Assembly (NCBI GenBank): GCA_963827655.1
Contig: CAWHCF010000026.1
Location: forward strand, 64,001-128,000
Source of the DNA: an uncultured Acidobacteriota bacterium
GTDB lineage: Bacteria > Acidobacteriota > UBA6911
DNA: 64,000 nucleotides
Direction: 5' to 3'
Within the stretch, counting starts at the first letter, position 1; every line of letters begins with the position of its first letter. The notes below the pieces were generated by a model, which was not told the origin of the DNA, did no database searches, and was given only the letters and a program-made list of their open reading frames with translations. This document shows, piece after piece, positions 11,413 through 20,620 of this stretch. The translations under genes and the position numbers were made by a program.

Positions 11413-11651
11413 CTGTGGCGCGGGTCATCAAAGACCGTTTCAAAACCTCCCGATACCTGTGCGGACGGGCTATCAAGCCCGTCCGGCCCCCTAGTGGCAC
11501 AAAAGAACTTTTTGAGGCTAAATCCTCCCGATCACGTTACTTGCGACAGGTCTCTGATGACCCAGTCGCCACAGAAGGCTTCGGAAAGTGTCTGAGCCAC
11601 ATTCCAGGGTAGAGTTGACTTTGGCGAACGCCTCTAATGACCCGCGCCACA
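11413..11651. repeat. REPIN-like element, family A copy 1
   Basis: Terminal inverted repeats TGTGGCGCGGGTCAT; internal hairpin GGACGGGCT-ATCA-AGCCCGTCC; homologous to 23565 and 40015. Confidence 0.8.
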
Positions 11652-11729
11652 AAAGCCAAAAGGCTGCCGGTCAATCGAGAGCCGTTCGCTGAATTTCTTC
11701 ACAGCTTCTGAGGCCGGGACAACAACTTA

Positions 11730-12695
11730 TTACTCCCCTCGAACCGCTGCTGCGGGCATCGATCGAGTATTCCGCTCAACCAGGGCGCGAGCGACAGGCG
11801 CCAGCTTTTCGAGCTGCGCGGATGCCAGTGGAGACAAGTAGGGAAGTACAGGGCCGGTCCGAGCCACACCGGCCAGTTCGGTCGCAGCGTGGAGCACCCG
11901 GGCGGGCCCCCAGGAGTCGCGCAGGTCTTCCAGAGGCAGAAACTCCTGACGCAACGTCTCGGCGCTGTCATAGTCCTCTCGACGGCAGGCGTCGAAGAGC
12001 TGGTTGCTCAATGCGGGCGCGATGCACCCGGACCCTGTGGTGAATCCGGGAAGCTTCCACTGGCGCATGTGGGCGATGGCAGGACGCTCTCCGATCCCGC
12101 TTACCACCCTCGATCGGTCCACGCGCCGCAACAGGCCTTCCAGATAAGGATCAATGCGCGGATCCGCTCGAACGATCGCATACTTGATCCCGACACATAT
12201 CCCGGCGTCTACCAGCCGGGCGACCGCATCGAGCCCGGCGTCGCGGTCCGTGCCAAAGCTGTTTTCATCCTTGAAATACAGGATCAAGGGCATCTCCGCA
12301 GCTTCGGCGACTTCGCGCAGTCCCTGTTCAATGCCCCCTGGGTCTCGAGGATCCGCGCACGGGAGCATCATGACACAGGGGAAATTGTATTTCCGAAGCA
12401 CACGCGCCTGGTCCAGCGCGCGCCCGTAAGACGGTCCGGCGCTGGGGAGCATCCAGAGATCGCCCGGAAACGCGGACAACCACTCCAATAACACTTCGTA
12501 CTCCGCCAACGTAATATGATAGAGAAAAGCATTGCCGCCATAGACGAGGCGGGTTATGCCGCCGGACGAAATGTGATGGGCGATCCGGTCATTCTCGAGC
12601 CGGTCGAACTTTCGCCCCTCGTCGGCCTTGCGTGCCAGGGGCGGGACGGCAAATACACCGCGTAAGTCTTCCAGCGATACAGGCGTCTTCTTCAT
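11730..12695 (-). CDS. DapA/N-acetylneuraminate lyase family (class I aldolase/dehydratase)
   Basis: GVFAVPPL, LVYGGNAF, PLILYFK, VGIKYA (Schiff-base Lys), GFTTGSGCIAP. Confidence 0.8.
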   Translation of the reverse strand: MKKTPVSLEDLRGVFAVPPLARKADEGRKFDRLENDRIAHHISSGGITRLVYGGNAFLYHITLAEYEVLLEWLSAFPGDLWMLPSAGPSYGRALDQARVLRKYNFPCVMMLPCADPRDPGGIEQGLREVAEAAEMPLILYFKDENSFGTDRDAGLDAVARLVDAGICVGIKYAIVRADPRIDPYLEGLLRRVDRSRVVSGIGERPAIAHMRQWKLPGFTTGSGCIAPALSNQLFDACRREDYDSAETLRQEFLPLEDLRDSWGPARVLHAATELAGVARTGPVLPYLSPLASAQLEKLAPVARALVERNTRSMPAAAVRGE

Positions 12696-12757
12696 CAGGC
12701 AATCCTCCTCGTTTCGTGGTGTCTTCGTGGTCGATGCTGCCGAACAAATCAACCACG

Positions 12758-13195
12758 CTATCTTTTCTTTTGCAGCGTCGCCTTCTTGATCAGGGCGGTG
12801 GCTTTGCGGGCGTCATCCTCGGTTTCGAAGCCGAATACGGCGGAGTATCTTCTCCCGATGACTTGCGCGACCATAAACCCGAAGTTTATACCTGCGTCCG
12901 CGACCGAACGGGCGATGGCGTATCCCAAGCCAGGCCTGTTGTCCCCCTCGACCAGCAGAGTGGGAATTGACGACGGGCTCAGCCCTGACCCCCTGGCAGC
13001 CGCCGCATTCTTTTTGCCTGTGACGGGATACAACTCGATGGCCGCCTTGCTTTCGTTCCCCGGGAAGCGATAGCCCATCACTACCTGCAAGTCGGTTCCC
13101 GCTCCGGCAAAGGGCTCCAGCGCACGGGCGAGAATTCCCGGCGTGTTCGCGACTTCCGCCCGCCAGAGCGTTATCTTTTTCACCGTCACCGCCAT
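12758..13195 (-). CDS. Tandem ACT-domain protein
   Basis: EVANTPGILARALEP and EGDNRPGLGYAIARSVADAGINF. Confidence 0.8.
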   Translation of the reverse strand: MAVTVKKITLWRAEVANTPGILARALEPFAGAGTDLQVVMGYRFPGNESKAAIELYPVTGKKNAAAARGSGLSPSSIPTLLVEGDNRPGLGYAIARSVADAGINFGFMVAQVIGRRYSAVFGFETEDDARKATALIKKATLQKKR

Positions 13196-13216
13196 TATCG
13201 TTCCTCCCTTAAGCGA

Positions 13217-14474
13217 TCAATTCTGGGGCCGCGTTTTATCCCAGTCAGGCCTGGATAATCCGTTCAGATCCCAGACGACTCGACCTTCACGGATGGTCAA
13301 TTCGCACTCGAGCTTCTGGGTTCCCATCATCTTGCCGCCGCCGACATCAATAAATCCGAAGTTTCCCTTTTTGAGACTCAGCACGACGAGGTCAGCCGTA
13401 GAACCGGCTCCCAGGCTCCCCAGCTCTGGTTCTCTTGATCTGCCGGGCCGGATTCCAGGTAGACCGCAGGATGACGTCCTGGATCGACATGCCGAGGTTC
13501 AGGAACTTGGACATGACGTTGAGCATGTCCTTCATCCCGGCGTTCATGCTGCCCGTGTGAAGATCGGTGCTGATTGAATCGGGTATGAACCCCTGCTTCA
13601 TGGCCGGCACCGCCTGGCTGAAAAGAAAGCTGCCTCCGCCGTGGCCCACGTCGAACAACACGCCCCGTTTGCGGGCTTCAAAGAGATACGGCATGACTTT
13701 GCCTTGACTGTCCAGCATCGGCACTCGTCCCAGATAGGTATGAGTATACATATCGCCTGGCCGAAGATGCTTCAGCACGAGCTCCTGGAAGGGACGTTCG
13801 GGCACGAAATCACCGAAGTCTACCATGATCGGGACATTCGTCATCTTGCCGGCCTCTACCGCCCGGTCGACCGGGTCCCACTCGGGCCCCTGATAGTGAG
13901 CCGTCTTGATTCCTACAATGATTCCCGGATATTGTCGGATCCGCATTGCAGTCAATCTGGCATCCATGTCGGCGAGGTTTTGCTCGACGGGACCTCCGCG
14001 CATGCCTGAGCCTACAATGTTGATCAGAGCGAGTACTCGAGTCCTGGCCTGGTCAATCACCTGGTCTTTGAACTGCCGGAAATTCCGCCAACCACTCCCG
14101 CCGGCGTCCACTACCGTGGTCACTCCGCTGCGAAAGGTGAAGCCGTCCGGAGGTACACTGCTGGTGCCGTTGCTCAGGTAAGCATCGGGTTCGGTGCCGT
14201 AGAAAACGTGAACGTGAATGTCTATCAGGCCCGGAGTCACAAACAATCCGGGAACATTGACCACCTGTCGGGCCTGTGCGGCTGGAATGCTGGAGGCCAC
14301 CTGGCTGATTTTGCCGCCCGTAATGCCGACATCCATGACGGAGTCAATCTGATTCCTGGGGTCAATAACATGTCCGCCTTTAATAAGGAGGTCAAATTGT
14401 TGCCCCCGTGCAATAGCGGCGAAAGCCCAGAGATACAAGCCCACGGCAACAAAGACGCTTTTTTGTGCTCGCAA
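13217..14474 (-). CDS. Dihydroorotase-like amidohydrolase/deacetylase with Sec-type signal; frameshift near 13430
   Basis: LLIKGGHVIDP, PGLIDIHVH, GVTTVVDAG, FDVGHGGGSF, SISTDLH. The C-terminus ELGSLGAGSTADLVVL...VVWDLNGLSRPDWDKTRPQN is in the shifted frame. Confidence 0.85.
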
Positions 14475-14522
14475 TTCTCCTCCTGCTGTTGCAATTTACT
14501 TCACTATAAACCGAGGTGAGTC

Positions 14523-14978
14523 ATGAAACAAAAATCAAAACTTCAATCTCGACGCGAGTTATTTCACGCCGGCGTTCTGGGTCTGGTTGGAACCGGTGCG
14601 ATGCAAGCGACGGACTCCTGGACGCCCAAGAAGAAGCGGGTAGAGGGCCCGATCCGCTCGGGACATCTTCTGTTCTTGAGCGGGATCGGAGGCTGGTATC
14701 CGGAGCGCCGCCCCGAGGGTCCTGGCGACATCCGCCGGCAGACTGGAGATGCGCTGGGGATCATGAAGGCTTCCCTGGAAAAGGCGGGTTCCTCCATGGC
14801 AAATGTCTTGAAGGTCCAGGTCTCGCTCGTCGATCCGGAGCGAAACTGGCAACCCATGGACGAGGTCTACAACACTTTTTTCCCCGAGCCCAGGCCCGCG
14901 CGATCCTACTGGGGCTCTACCGGGTTTCGGCGGCCCGGTCAGCTTCTCCAGATTGACTGCATCGCCTACGTCGACTAG
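14523..14978 (+). CDS. RidA/YjgF family imine deaminase with twin-arginine-like leader
   Basis: SRRELF plus hydrophobic stretch; LLFLSGIG, AGSSMANVLKVQVSL, MDEVYNTFFPEPRPARS, LQIDCIA. Confidence 0.85.
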   Translation: MKQKSKLQSRRELFHAGVLGLVGTGAMQATDSWTPKKKRVEGPIRSGHLLFLSGIGGWYPERRPEGPGDIRRQTGDALGIMKASLEKAGSSMANVLKVQVSLVDPERNWQPMDEVYNTFFPEPRPARSYWGSTGFRRPGQLLQIDCIAYVD

Positions 14979-14982
14979 GTTG

Positions 14983-15069
14983 CTTCGCGTTTCTTAGTGT
15001 CTTCGTGTCTTCGTGGTTAGTGGGGCCAACAAATACCACAAGGATACAACGTCACGAAGAAACACCAGG
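14983..15069. repeat. Inverted pair of 9-mer-unit repeats (family B)
   Basis: CTTAGTGTCTTCGTGTCTTCGTGGT ... ACCACAAGGATACAACGTCACGAAGAAA. Confidence 0.6.
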
Positions 15070-15112
15070 AATCTCCGTTGTCAAAGAACAAGAGCACCAG
15101 CGAGCGACATAT

Positions 15113-15545
15113 AGAAACGTCAACTAGGCGCGCTTCGCTTCAGATTTCCGGCTCCTGGCCATAGATCAGAATGGCTTCCTCGGCGATCATTTCGGCAAAG
15201 GCGTTCCCGTCTCGCCGCATCGCGCGGAACTCCCCAGGAGTGTACACCAGGAGATCAACGGCACCCACCTCCGTCGGCAAAAGACGTGCGGCTTCCAGCA
15301 GACGATCGAAAAACGGGACATCTGTTTCTTTGATGACGACTACGTCCACGTCGCTCAATTCGTCCGCTTCTTTTCGAGCCCACGAGCCGAAAAGATAGAT
15401 GCACTTGGGCTCATAAGCAACCAAGGCGTCTCTTATTCGATCAACGTAGCTCCTTGAGTCGCAACTCTATTTCGTCTTGGGTTGCTGTCTCGTCACGCAG
15501 CTAGACCACAAAGACACAAAGAAACACCAACTAGGCGCGCTTCGC
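15113..15545. repeat. Direct repeats flanking the nucleotidyltransferase gene
   Basis: CAACTAGGCGCGCTTCGC is exact at 15121-15138 and 15528-15545 (26 bp with 2 mismatches including upstream AGAAAC). Confidence 0.8.
15140..15424 (-). CDS. Minimal nucleotidyltransferase (MNT antitoxin-like)
   Basis: IYLFGSWARKEADELSDVDVVVI (GS...DxD) and VDLLVYTPGEF; start uncertain. Confidence 0.85.
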   Translation of the reverse strand: MVAYEPKCIYLFGSWARKEADELSDVDVVVIKETDVPFFDRLLEAARLLPTEVGAVDLLVYTPGEFRAMRRDGNAFAEMIAEEAILIYGQEPEI

Positions 15546-17078
15546 GGTCCAGCGGGCTTTGCCGTACTCCCCGAGGTCGAGATCGCCCGATAATCGGTCG
15601 GCGGATACCTGTCCGGTAAACCTGTAACTCAGGTTGATTCCTTCGCAGGGGAGGACGCTGCGCATCTGAATGTTTCCGCCATCGATGGTGCCACTCAAGT
15701 CGCCACGCGCTCTGCGCCCGAGATGGAGGCCGGAGACGCGATTATCTTTAACGTCCAGGATCATGGTGTGGCGCGCCGAACCGGAGGCAAAAGCCACGTC
15801 CACTTCCCAGCGCCCGGCTACATCGACCGACGGAGGCGCGGGAGCAGGTTTCTGCGCTCCCTTTGGAGCCTGGCTGAAAACTTCCCGGAGGCGGCGGGCT
15901 ACAAGCAGGTGATCGCCCTGTTTTATCGATACGGGTCGGATGGTGAAAGAATACCCGGTTCCGGTGGCGTGCGACATGATCCGAGGCTCGCCACTGACCA
16001 GCTTTTCGTACAGCTCGCCGGCCGTAATCGCAACCTTGTCAGGGTCCCACTCCACGTTCATCACGGGAAACGGACTGGCGCCGGCCGGAGGGACCATCTT
16101 GGTACGGACGCCGTCCACCTTGGTTATCGCGTCGCTGATATCGGTCAGCCAGGATTCCCACTGCCGATATTCTTTCTGGATGTCGCGAGTGGTTACCCAA
16201 ACCTCGATCGCCGCCAGCATTCCCATGATTTCTTCTTTGCCGACTTTCATCATGCGACCGAAGGCATGGTGCGGTGCGCTATTGACCCAGGCGGCCTGAA
16301 CCAGATCTTTGCGCCCCAACAATAATCCCGCGCACTGCGGGCCCCGAATGATCTTCCCGCCGCTATAAGCCACCAGGTCGGCGCCCCGTGACAGATAGGG
16401 ATTGGGTTTCAGCGGGAGCTCGGCGGCGGCGTCGACCAGCACAGGCACATTCATTTTGTGTGCCGCTTTCGCCATTTCTTCCAGCCGGATCTTCCCTCTG
16501 GCTTCGCCCGTACCCAGAACCGCCACCATCGCCGTATGGCGTCCCAGGGCCGCGTGGAATTCCTGCTCCGAGTCCACTTCGACTACTTGCACACCCACGG
16601 TCCGGATCGCGTGGTCATATTCGTTGCGCGACTGCTTCGGCATGATGACTTCGTTCTTCAGACCGGTCAGGTTCGGTAACTGCTTCATGTTCTCCGGATC
16701 GGCCCCCGCCACGCAAGCCGCGGTGGCGTGTGTCAGGCCAGCAGCGGCTCCCGAGGTCACAATTCCCGATTCACAACCCAATAACTCGGACAGGCGGACG
16801 CCGACTCGCTCCATCAGCTCGTCGATATTGACCGAGTGGTACGAAGCTTCTTCCATGGCCTTCTTGACTTCGGGCAATGTCAGGGTGCCGCCGTTGATCG
16901 TAAGGGTGGCCGTGAGGTTGATGAAAGGTCGAACGCCGATTCGGGTGTAGATGTTGGGAGTGCCGTGAGAAGGCGGAGTGTCCGCCGCGTCCGTCGTTCG
17001 GGCAACCGCGCCGGTAGCCGCGGCCAGTCCTGCGGCCTGGAAGACTTCCCGCCGGGTGATCTTGGATCGAGGGTTCAT
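15531..17078 (-). CDS. SelA-like PLP enzyme (DgaE/D-glucosaminate-6-P ammonia-lyase-like) with Tat signal and C-terminal beta domain
   Basis: ITRREVFQAAGLAAA; IGVRPFINL, VTSGAAAGL, VLVDAAAE, YSGGKIIRGPQCAG (PLP Lys), GRMMKVGKEEIMG. Confidence 0.85.
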   Translation of the reverse strand: MNPRSKITRREVFQAAGLAAATGAVARTTDAADTPPSHGTPNIYTRIGVRPFINLTATLTINGGTLTLPEVKKAMEEASYHSVNIDELMERVGVRLSELLGCESGIVTSGAAAGLTHATAACVAGADPENMKQLPNLTGLKNEVIMPKQSRNEYDHAIRTVGVQVVEVDSEQEFHAALGRHTAMVAVLGTGEARGKIRLEEMAKAAHKMNVPVLVDAAAELPLKPNPYLSRGADLVAYSGGKIIRGPQCAGLLLGRKDLVQAAWVNSAPHHAFGRMMKVGKEEIMGMLAAIEVWVTTRDIQKEYRQWESWLTDISDAITKVDGVRTKMVPPAGASPFPVMNVEWDPDKVAITAGELYEKLVSGEPRIMSHATGTGYSFTIRPVSIKQGDHLLVARRLREVFSQAPKGAQKPAPAPPSVDVAGRWEVDVAFASGSARHTMILDVKDNRVSGLHLGRRARGDLSGTIDGGNIQMRSVLPCEGINLSYRFTGQVSADRLSGDLDLGEYGKARWTAKRA

Positions 17079-17236
17079 ATTACCTCCGTTCAGTGTAGGC
17101 GAAAATTTTGGCAAAGATTCTTGGTGTTTCGGTTCGTGTCTGTTAGTGCGCCGAAGCCAACTCCTGGTACGCGTAGTTCGCATTTGCTGCACCGCTGAGC
17201 ACGCAACCGACGACCAGCCAGGGAGCCGCATCACGT

Positions 17237-18133
17237 CTAAGTCTCGAGAGCCCGCCTGCAGTACTCCAGGCACCGCTTGACTTCCTGGACGGTGTCGCTT
17301 CCCTTGTACTCGTATTCGAGGTTGGCGGGTATGTTCCACTTTTGTTCGCGCAACAGCGCGAGCACCGCTTTGATGGGCGTGTCGCCTTCTCCGAAAGGCA
17401 CGTTATCCCCCTGATCCTTCTTGCGGTCTTTAATGTGCAGGGTCACGATCCGGTCGTGGTGCCGGCGCAGGAAGTCGACCGCGTCGAAATTGGCAGCCGT
17501 GAAATGACCGATGTCGAGGTTGATGGCAATGTATTCCGAATTACCCTCCATCGCTCGCGCGAAGCTTTCGGGAGTGGCGAATTCATTCGGATCGGATACC
17601 TTTGAATGGTTATGCATGCCAACCCGGATTTTATGCTTTCGCGCGAAGCCATCGATGCGCTTGGCCGTGCTGACGTTGGACGATGCGGTAATTATCTTGA
17701 CCCCAAGAGCCTTGGCTATCTCAAAGCCGCGTTCCATCTCCGCATCCGTGAAATCGTCCCTGAAGCTCAAATTATAGGCGTAGAGATCGATTCCAGCGCT
17801 GTCGAGCTTGGCGCGGACGGCTTTGATTTGATCCAGGGGAACGGTCAGGCGCCAATTTCGGAGGGCTTCGCGACCCTGAGGTCCTCGCGTTGCTTCGTCT
17901 CTCGGTTCCACATGTCCCTGCCAGAGCTCGCAACTGCTGAGTCCGACCTCCACCATGGCTTTTATTGCTTCGTCCAGGGAACGATCCCGAAAACTATAAG
18001 TCTGAACTCCGATCTGGACCCCTTTGACCTTGGAATCCGGCTTCTTCGCCTGTCCCGGCAAAAAGTCCGGGAAAACAGGTGAGGTAAGGCAGCCGGCCAG
18101 TAGCTTGTTCAGGTCTCTTCTGCTCAGTTTCAT
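17237..18133 (-). CDS. Sugar phosphate isomerase/epimerase (xylose-isomerase-like TIM barrel), Tat-like signal
   Basis: LSRRDLNKLL; GVQTYSFRD, MHNH, NLDIGHF, LHIKD, LEYEY. Confidence 0.85.
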   Translation of the reverse strand: MKLSRRDLNKLLAGCLTSPVFPDFLPGQAKKPDSKVKGVQIGVQTYSFRDRSLDEAIKAMVEVGLSSCELWQGHVEPRDEATRGPQGREALRNWRLTVPLDQIKAVRAKLDSAGIDLYAYNLSFRDDFTDAEMERGFEIAKALGVKIITASSNVSTAKRIDGFARKHKIRVGMHNHSKVSDPNEFATPESFARAMEGNSEYIAINLDIGHFTAANFDAVDFLRRHHDRIVTLHIKDRKKDQGDNVPFGEGDTPIKAVLALLREQKWNIPANLEYEYKGSDTVQEVKRCLEYCRRALET

Positions 18134-18324
18134 CTCTATCCTCCAGCCGTTCGGGCATCAATGTCGCGTCTGACTGTTGTTCCTCTGTTGTCCGAATGGG
18201 CCTGGCTCGCGGTTACCGACGGGAAAACAAAATGGAACGTCAGAGCGACTGCATCGTTTGAGTTCTGTGCCGGCCTGAGAGCGGAAGTCTACTCCAGGAT
18301 CCGCCAAAATGCGAGAATCGCCTC

Positions 18325-18469
18325 TAGGGCTCGCGCAGAAATAACTTCACATTCTGGCGCGAGAGTCGGTGGTCAATCATGGACCGGTTTCTGTTCGCTA
18401 AGCACGCTGAGGATCGCGCCCCTTCTCGGGCCTGCAGCAGAACGCGAACTTATTTCTGCGCGAACCCTA
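18325..18469. mobile_element. MITE with about 24-bp terminal inverted repeats
   Basis: TAGGGCTCGCGCAGAAATAACTTC vs reverse complement of the right end TAGGGTTCGCGCAGAAATAAGTTC (2 mismatches); TA at both ends; no transposase. Confidence 0.7.
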
Positions 18470-18636
18470 AACCCGTCCGGGTCGTCCGCAAACGGATCGC
18501 AAGGTCAGGGTTGTTCCGAGAGGGTATGCTGCCGAGCGTAACAGCCAAGGAACCGGCAATGATTTCGACGACCACGAGGCTTCGGGCAGGAATTGTGTTG
18601 CGGTGGGGTCCGTTCGGCTAAGCCGAGCTCACGGTT

Positions 18637-19206
18637 ATGAAAGCCAGATTCCTTCGCTCCGTTCCGGCAATTCTGATCGTTCCCGTCTTTCTGCTGCTCG
18701 CCCAGTCGCAGCGAGAGAAAGAGCGACTGGCCGAAGTTCTGGAACTCAAGTCCGCGATGAACGTCGCCGAAATCGGTGCCGGTGACGGCGAAATGAGTTT
18801 TTTCGTCGCCGGCAAAGTGAGCCGCATCTACATCAACGAAATCAATTCCGATAAGCTCCGCAAGCTGCGCGATCGGGCGACCAACGTGGCCAACGTCACG
18901 GTTGTCGAAGGTGACGCCACCGAGACGCGCCTGCCGGAAGGCTGCTGCGATGCCGTCTTCATGCGCGACGTCTACCATCACCTGACCGACGCCGCGGCGA
19001 TCAACGCCAGCATCGCCAGGGCGCTGAAGCCAGGCGGCGTGCTCGTGGTGATCGATTTTCTTCCCGGCAATGAGGGCCACGGCATCACCCCCGAAAAACT
19101 CGTGGAGAGCGTTACTCGCGCCGGGTTCGAGCCGATCCGCACGATCGACGACTGGCAGTTCCGGACTTACTGCGTGGTATTTCGAAAGACTAAGGATTGC
19201 GACTGA
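18637..19206 (+). CDS. Class I SAM-dependent methyltransferase with N-terminal hydrophobic leader
   Basis: VAEIGAGDG motif I, DAVFMRDVYHH, ALKPGGVLVVIDF. Confidence 0.85.
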   Translation: MKARFLRSVPAILIVPVFLLLAQSQREKERLAEVLELKSAMNVAEIGAGDGEMSFFVAGKVSRIYINEINSDKLRKLRDRATNVANVTVVEGDATETRLPEGCCDAVFMRDVYHHLTDAAAINASIARALKPGGVLVVIDFLPGNEGHGITPEKLVESVTRAGFEPIRTIDDWQFRTYCVVFRKTKDCD

Positions 19207-19277
19207 AGTGCGGAGGTGGTTGGGTTTTGTTCCGCCGCCCCAACCACCAAGGCGCGAAGACTCGAAGCCTATCCCTT

Positions 19278-19715
19278 TCACTGGGCGATAGAGATGACCT
19301 CAGGCGGCTCAATCTTCTCTGCCGGACCTCCGGCGATCTCAAGCTCGACGTGGTAGTACGCGAGTTCGCGACCGGTGTTATCCCCCTCCCACCAGAATCG
19401 CGCGAGGAAGTACTGGTCGCCAAAGCGGCGAAACTCGAGTCGATCTCCAGCCGGCACGTCTCTTGTCTGAACCGAATGCGTGATGAAGAGCACCTCCCCC
19501 CGGCCGTTTTCGTCGCGTATCAAGAAACCATGTGCGTCGTTGGCGCTGGTACGGTAAATCGTATAAGTACCGGCCGGAAGCGTCGTCTTTTCTACCTTGA
19601 ATTCGAATGGCACGGTAATGGTCAGCTGCTTCGTTGCCCCCGCCGAGGCGGAAACCACGAATAGCGTCAGGAATAGGCTTAATAAGGCTACGATTGTAAG
19701 TAAATGTTTTTTCAT
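19278..19715 (-). CDS. Secreted beta-rich hypothetical protein
   Basis: Signal peptide; VPFEFKVEKTTLPAGTY...LEFRRFGDQYFLARFW, a pattern I recognise from acidobacterial hypotheticals. Confidence 0.75.
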   Translation of the reverse strand: MKKHLLTIVALLSLFLTLFVVSASAGATKQLTITVPFEFKVEKTTLPAGTYTIYRTSANDAHGFLIRDENGRGEVLFITHSVQTRDVPAGDRLEFRRFGDQYFLARFWWEGDNTGRELAYYHVELEIAGGPAEKIEPPEVISIAQ

Positions 19716-19961
19716 TGACCCCTCTTGCGGTTAAACACCGGCTTTGCCGGCCTGCGGTTTTGGTTGAGCAGCGGTCTGCGAAACCAGCTGCTTCCTGACT
19801 GAGAGACTGTCCTTGCTCCGGCTCACTCCATAAGACGGGATCCGTCAAAGAAACCCGCCACGCCCGCAAAAAAGATTCTTGCAATCGCATCAACGTCTCG
19901 AAAGAGAGGGTTCGGCCTGCTTGTGGTAAATTGTTGTTTTCTATTGTCTTTCAAGGGGAAG

Positions 19962-20531
19962 ATGGCAACAGCCGGTTCACAGCGAATCACGCATCTGCTT
20001 CTGGCCTGGGGCGACGGCGACCAGACCGCGCTCGAAAAGTTGATGCCGCTGGTCTACGAGGAGCTGCGTAGAGTGGCGGCGCGCCATATGCGGCGGCAGG
20101 GTCCCGGCCACACGTTGCAGACTACCGCGCTGGTCAACGAGGCCTACGTGCGGTTGATTGACTCAAGCCAGGTGCGCTGGCAGAACCGCGCGCACTTCTT
20201 CGCGGTCTCGGCGCAGATGATGCGGCGCATTCTGATCGATTTTGCCCGGGCCCGCCGCTACCTCAAGCGTGGCGGCGGCGCGCAACAGGTTTCACTCGAT
20301 GAGACACTGGCGGTCGCGCCGGAGCGTGGGTCGGATCTGCTGGAGTTAGATGAGGCTCTTACGAGGTTGGCGGCGCTCAATCGACGACAGGCCCAGATCG
20401 TGGAGTTGCGGTACTTCGGGGGGCTGAGCGAGGAAGAGGCGGCGGAGGCGCTCAAGATCTCGCTGCGCACCGTGCAGCGTGATTGGAACCTCGCGCGTCT
20501 CTGGCTCTACCGCGAATTAAGAAAAAAGTAA
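19962..20531 (+). CDS. ECF sigma factor, kinase-associated type (ECF43/TIGR02999-like)
   Basis: [65 protein letters not shown]. Confidence 0.92.
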   Translation: MATAGSQRITHLLLAWGDGDQTALEKLMPLVYEELRRVAARHMRRQGPGHTLQTTALVNEAYVRLIDSSQVRWQNRAHFFAVSAQMMRRILIDFARARRYLKRGGGAQQVSLDETLAVAPERGSDLLELDEALTRLAALNRRQAQIVELRYFGGLSEEEAAEALKISLRTVQRDWNLARLWLYRELRKK

Positions 20532-20618
20532 AAATGCTGAGTAAAGTGCTGAGTAAAAAGTGCCTGCTTAGCACTTTCTACTTTTTCTACTCAGCACTTT
20601 TAACTTTTTACTTTTTTT
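20522..20618. repeat. AT-rich inverted/tandem repeat between sigma and kinase
   Basis: AAAAAGTAAAAA-TGCTGAGTAAA-GTGCTGAGTAAAAAG ... CTACTCAGCACTTTT-AACTTTTTACTTTTT. Confidence 0.75.
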
Positions 20619-20620
20619 GG

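Noticed and set aside
15531-17078. True selA (selenocysteine synthase)
   Set aside because: Tat-like leader, catabolic context and no selB/selC/selD nearby favour a DgaE-like paralogue.
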